Shown here piece after piece: positions 63,345 through 64,000 of a DNA stretch of 64,000 nucleotides. Made by a program: the position numbers and the translations under genes. The first letter of the stretch is position 1; each line of letters starts with the position of its first letter. The stretch covers positions 1,341,721 to 1,405,720 of the forward strand of contig CM120648.1 of NCBI GenBank assembly GCA_051362555.1. Direction: 5' to 3'. The notes beneath the pieces were generated by a model, which was not told where the DNA came from, did no database searches, and saw only the letters and a list, made by a program, of their open reading frames with translations. This DNA comes from Lingula anatina (Eukaryota; Animalia; Brachiopoda).

Positions 63345-63458
63345 ACTTCATTGGGCAATGGCATTGAGTTTCAGGCCTCCACATCGAATAGTTTCAGCCC
63401 AGACACATCTAGTTCTGGGTTCCTGACTCTTCCAAGCCATAGTAAGACATCCAGTAGG
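63345..63458 (+). CDS. per: per coding exon 20 (Ser-rich; gene continues beyond window)
   Basis: TSLGNGIEFQASTSNSFSPDTSSSGFLTLPSHSKTSSR; gcag/GTAAGT; phase 0-0; no stop reached. Confidence 0.8.
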
Positions 63459-63885
63459 GTAAGTATAATAAATGAATAAGTAAATAAATAATAATAATAA
63501 ATAATAATAATAATAATTGTTGTTTAGCTAAAATATTAAAAAATTTATTTAGCAGGCTATTAAATTTTTTGTGATATACAACTTGTTTAGCAAGTGAGCT
63601 TATGATTTTGGACCAAAAGTTGACTTTGGACATCTTTTTTGAGATGGGTCTCAGCAGCCTTTTCTCAATAATGTAATGGACTGTACGGTGGGGGAATCCG
63701 ATTTACTGCCCATCTCGAGAATATCTTTTTCAGTGGCTGATAAGATTAAGTCTAACATATTAGGTCTAACCAGCTTGATTGCAATTGTGATTTTAATTCT
63801 GTTGAATCATTGTACTTAATCGGAATTCAAACTTCCAAACTCTCCAACCTTTAGTTACATGCACGTCAGTGGTAAAATTAGTATC

Positions 63886-64000
63886 ATTTTCAGTATCGAT
63901 TTGGTATAGCCAATGTACCAATTTCAATATTTTCAGTATCCATTTGGTATAGCCAATGTACCAATTTCAATATTTTCAGTATCCATTCGGTATAGCCAAT
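63886..64000. repeat. 43-bp tandem repeat running off the window end
   Basis: GGTATAGCC recurs at 63903, 63946 and 63989. Confidence 0.9.

Larger units (their letters stand above)
33337..63458 (+). other. per: period circadian protein gene, coding span within window (20 coding exons, 911 codons, 3' incomplete)
   Basis: Exons joined with consistent phases give an N-terminal helical motif (KVGTLVALMHAVESIRQ), PAS-A (LLGFPGDLLNSRQIEDFVHRKD; FCLRIRKYKSL), PAS-B/PAC ([47 protein letters not shown]) and kinase-binding-type motifs (TYEQFNYTQNIKRFL; LTCENLNIFNKIQEK). These are diagnostic of PERIOD. Confidence 0.95.

Overview
This is AT-rich, intron-rich animal genomic DNA; the repeat landscape and PER sequence suggest a lophotrochozoan invertebrate (inference). 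It starts with the last coding exon of a UBE2J2-like ubiquitin-conjugating enzyme gene (1151-1399, +). Most of the rest is a large circadian clock gene, period (per), on the + strand. A candidate promoter and non-coding exon 1 lie near 14.4-14.9 kb and a candidate 5' UTR exon at 32568-32650. I joined 20 coding exons by hand (33337-63458, 911 codons, all GT-AG and phase-compatible); the gene continues past the window end. The introns carry many MITEs, Helentron-type elements, a solo LTR, a decayed ISL2EU/PHIS-like transposon and a RecQ-helicase-bearing (AcademH-like) deletion derivative. The standout feature is a 51-copy, 78-bp tandem array (39274-43251) built from the 3' splice site and first codons of the first PAS-A exon of per. 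The spliceosome therefore faces 52 near-identical acceptors, and only the last gives full-length PER. Each upstream unit reads as an in-frame hydrophobic 20-codon tail plus stop and contains ATTAAA, like a natural gene-trap array. The per start codon is also overlapped by an out-of-frame upstream ORF. Everything was read by eye; no alignments or database searches were run.
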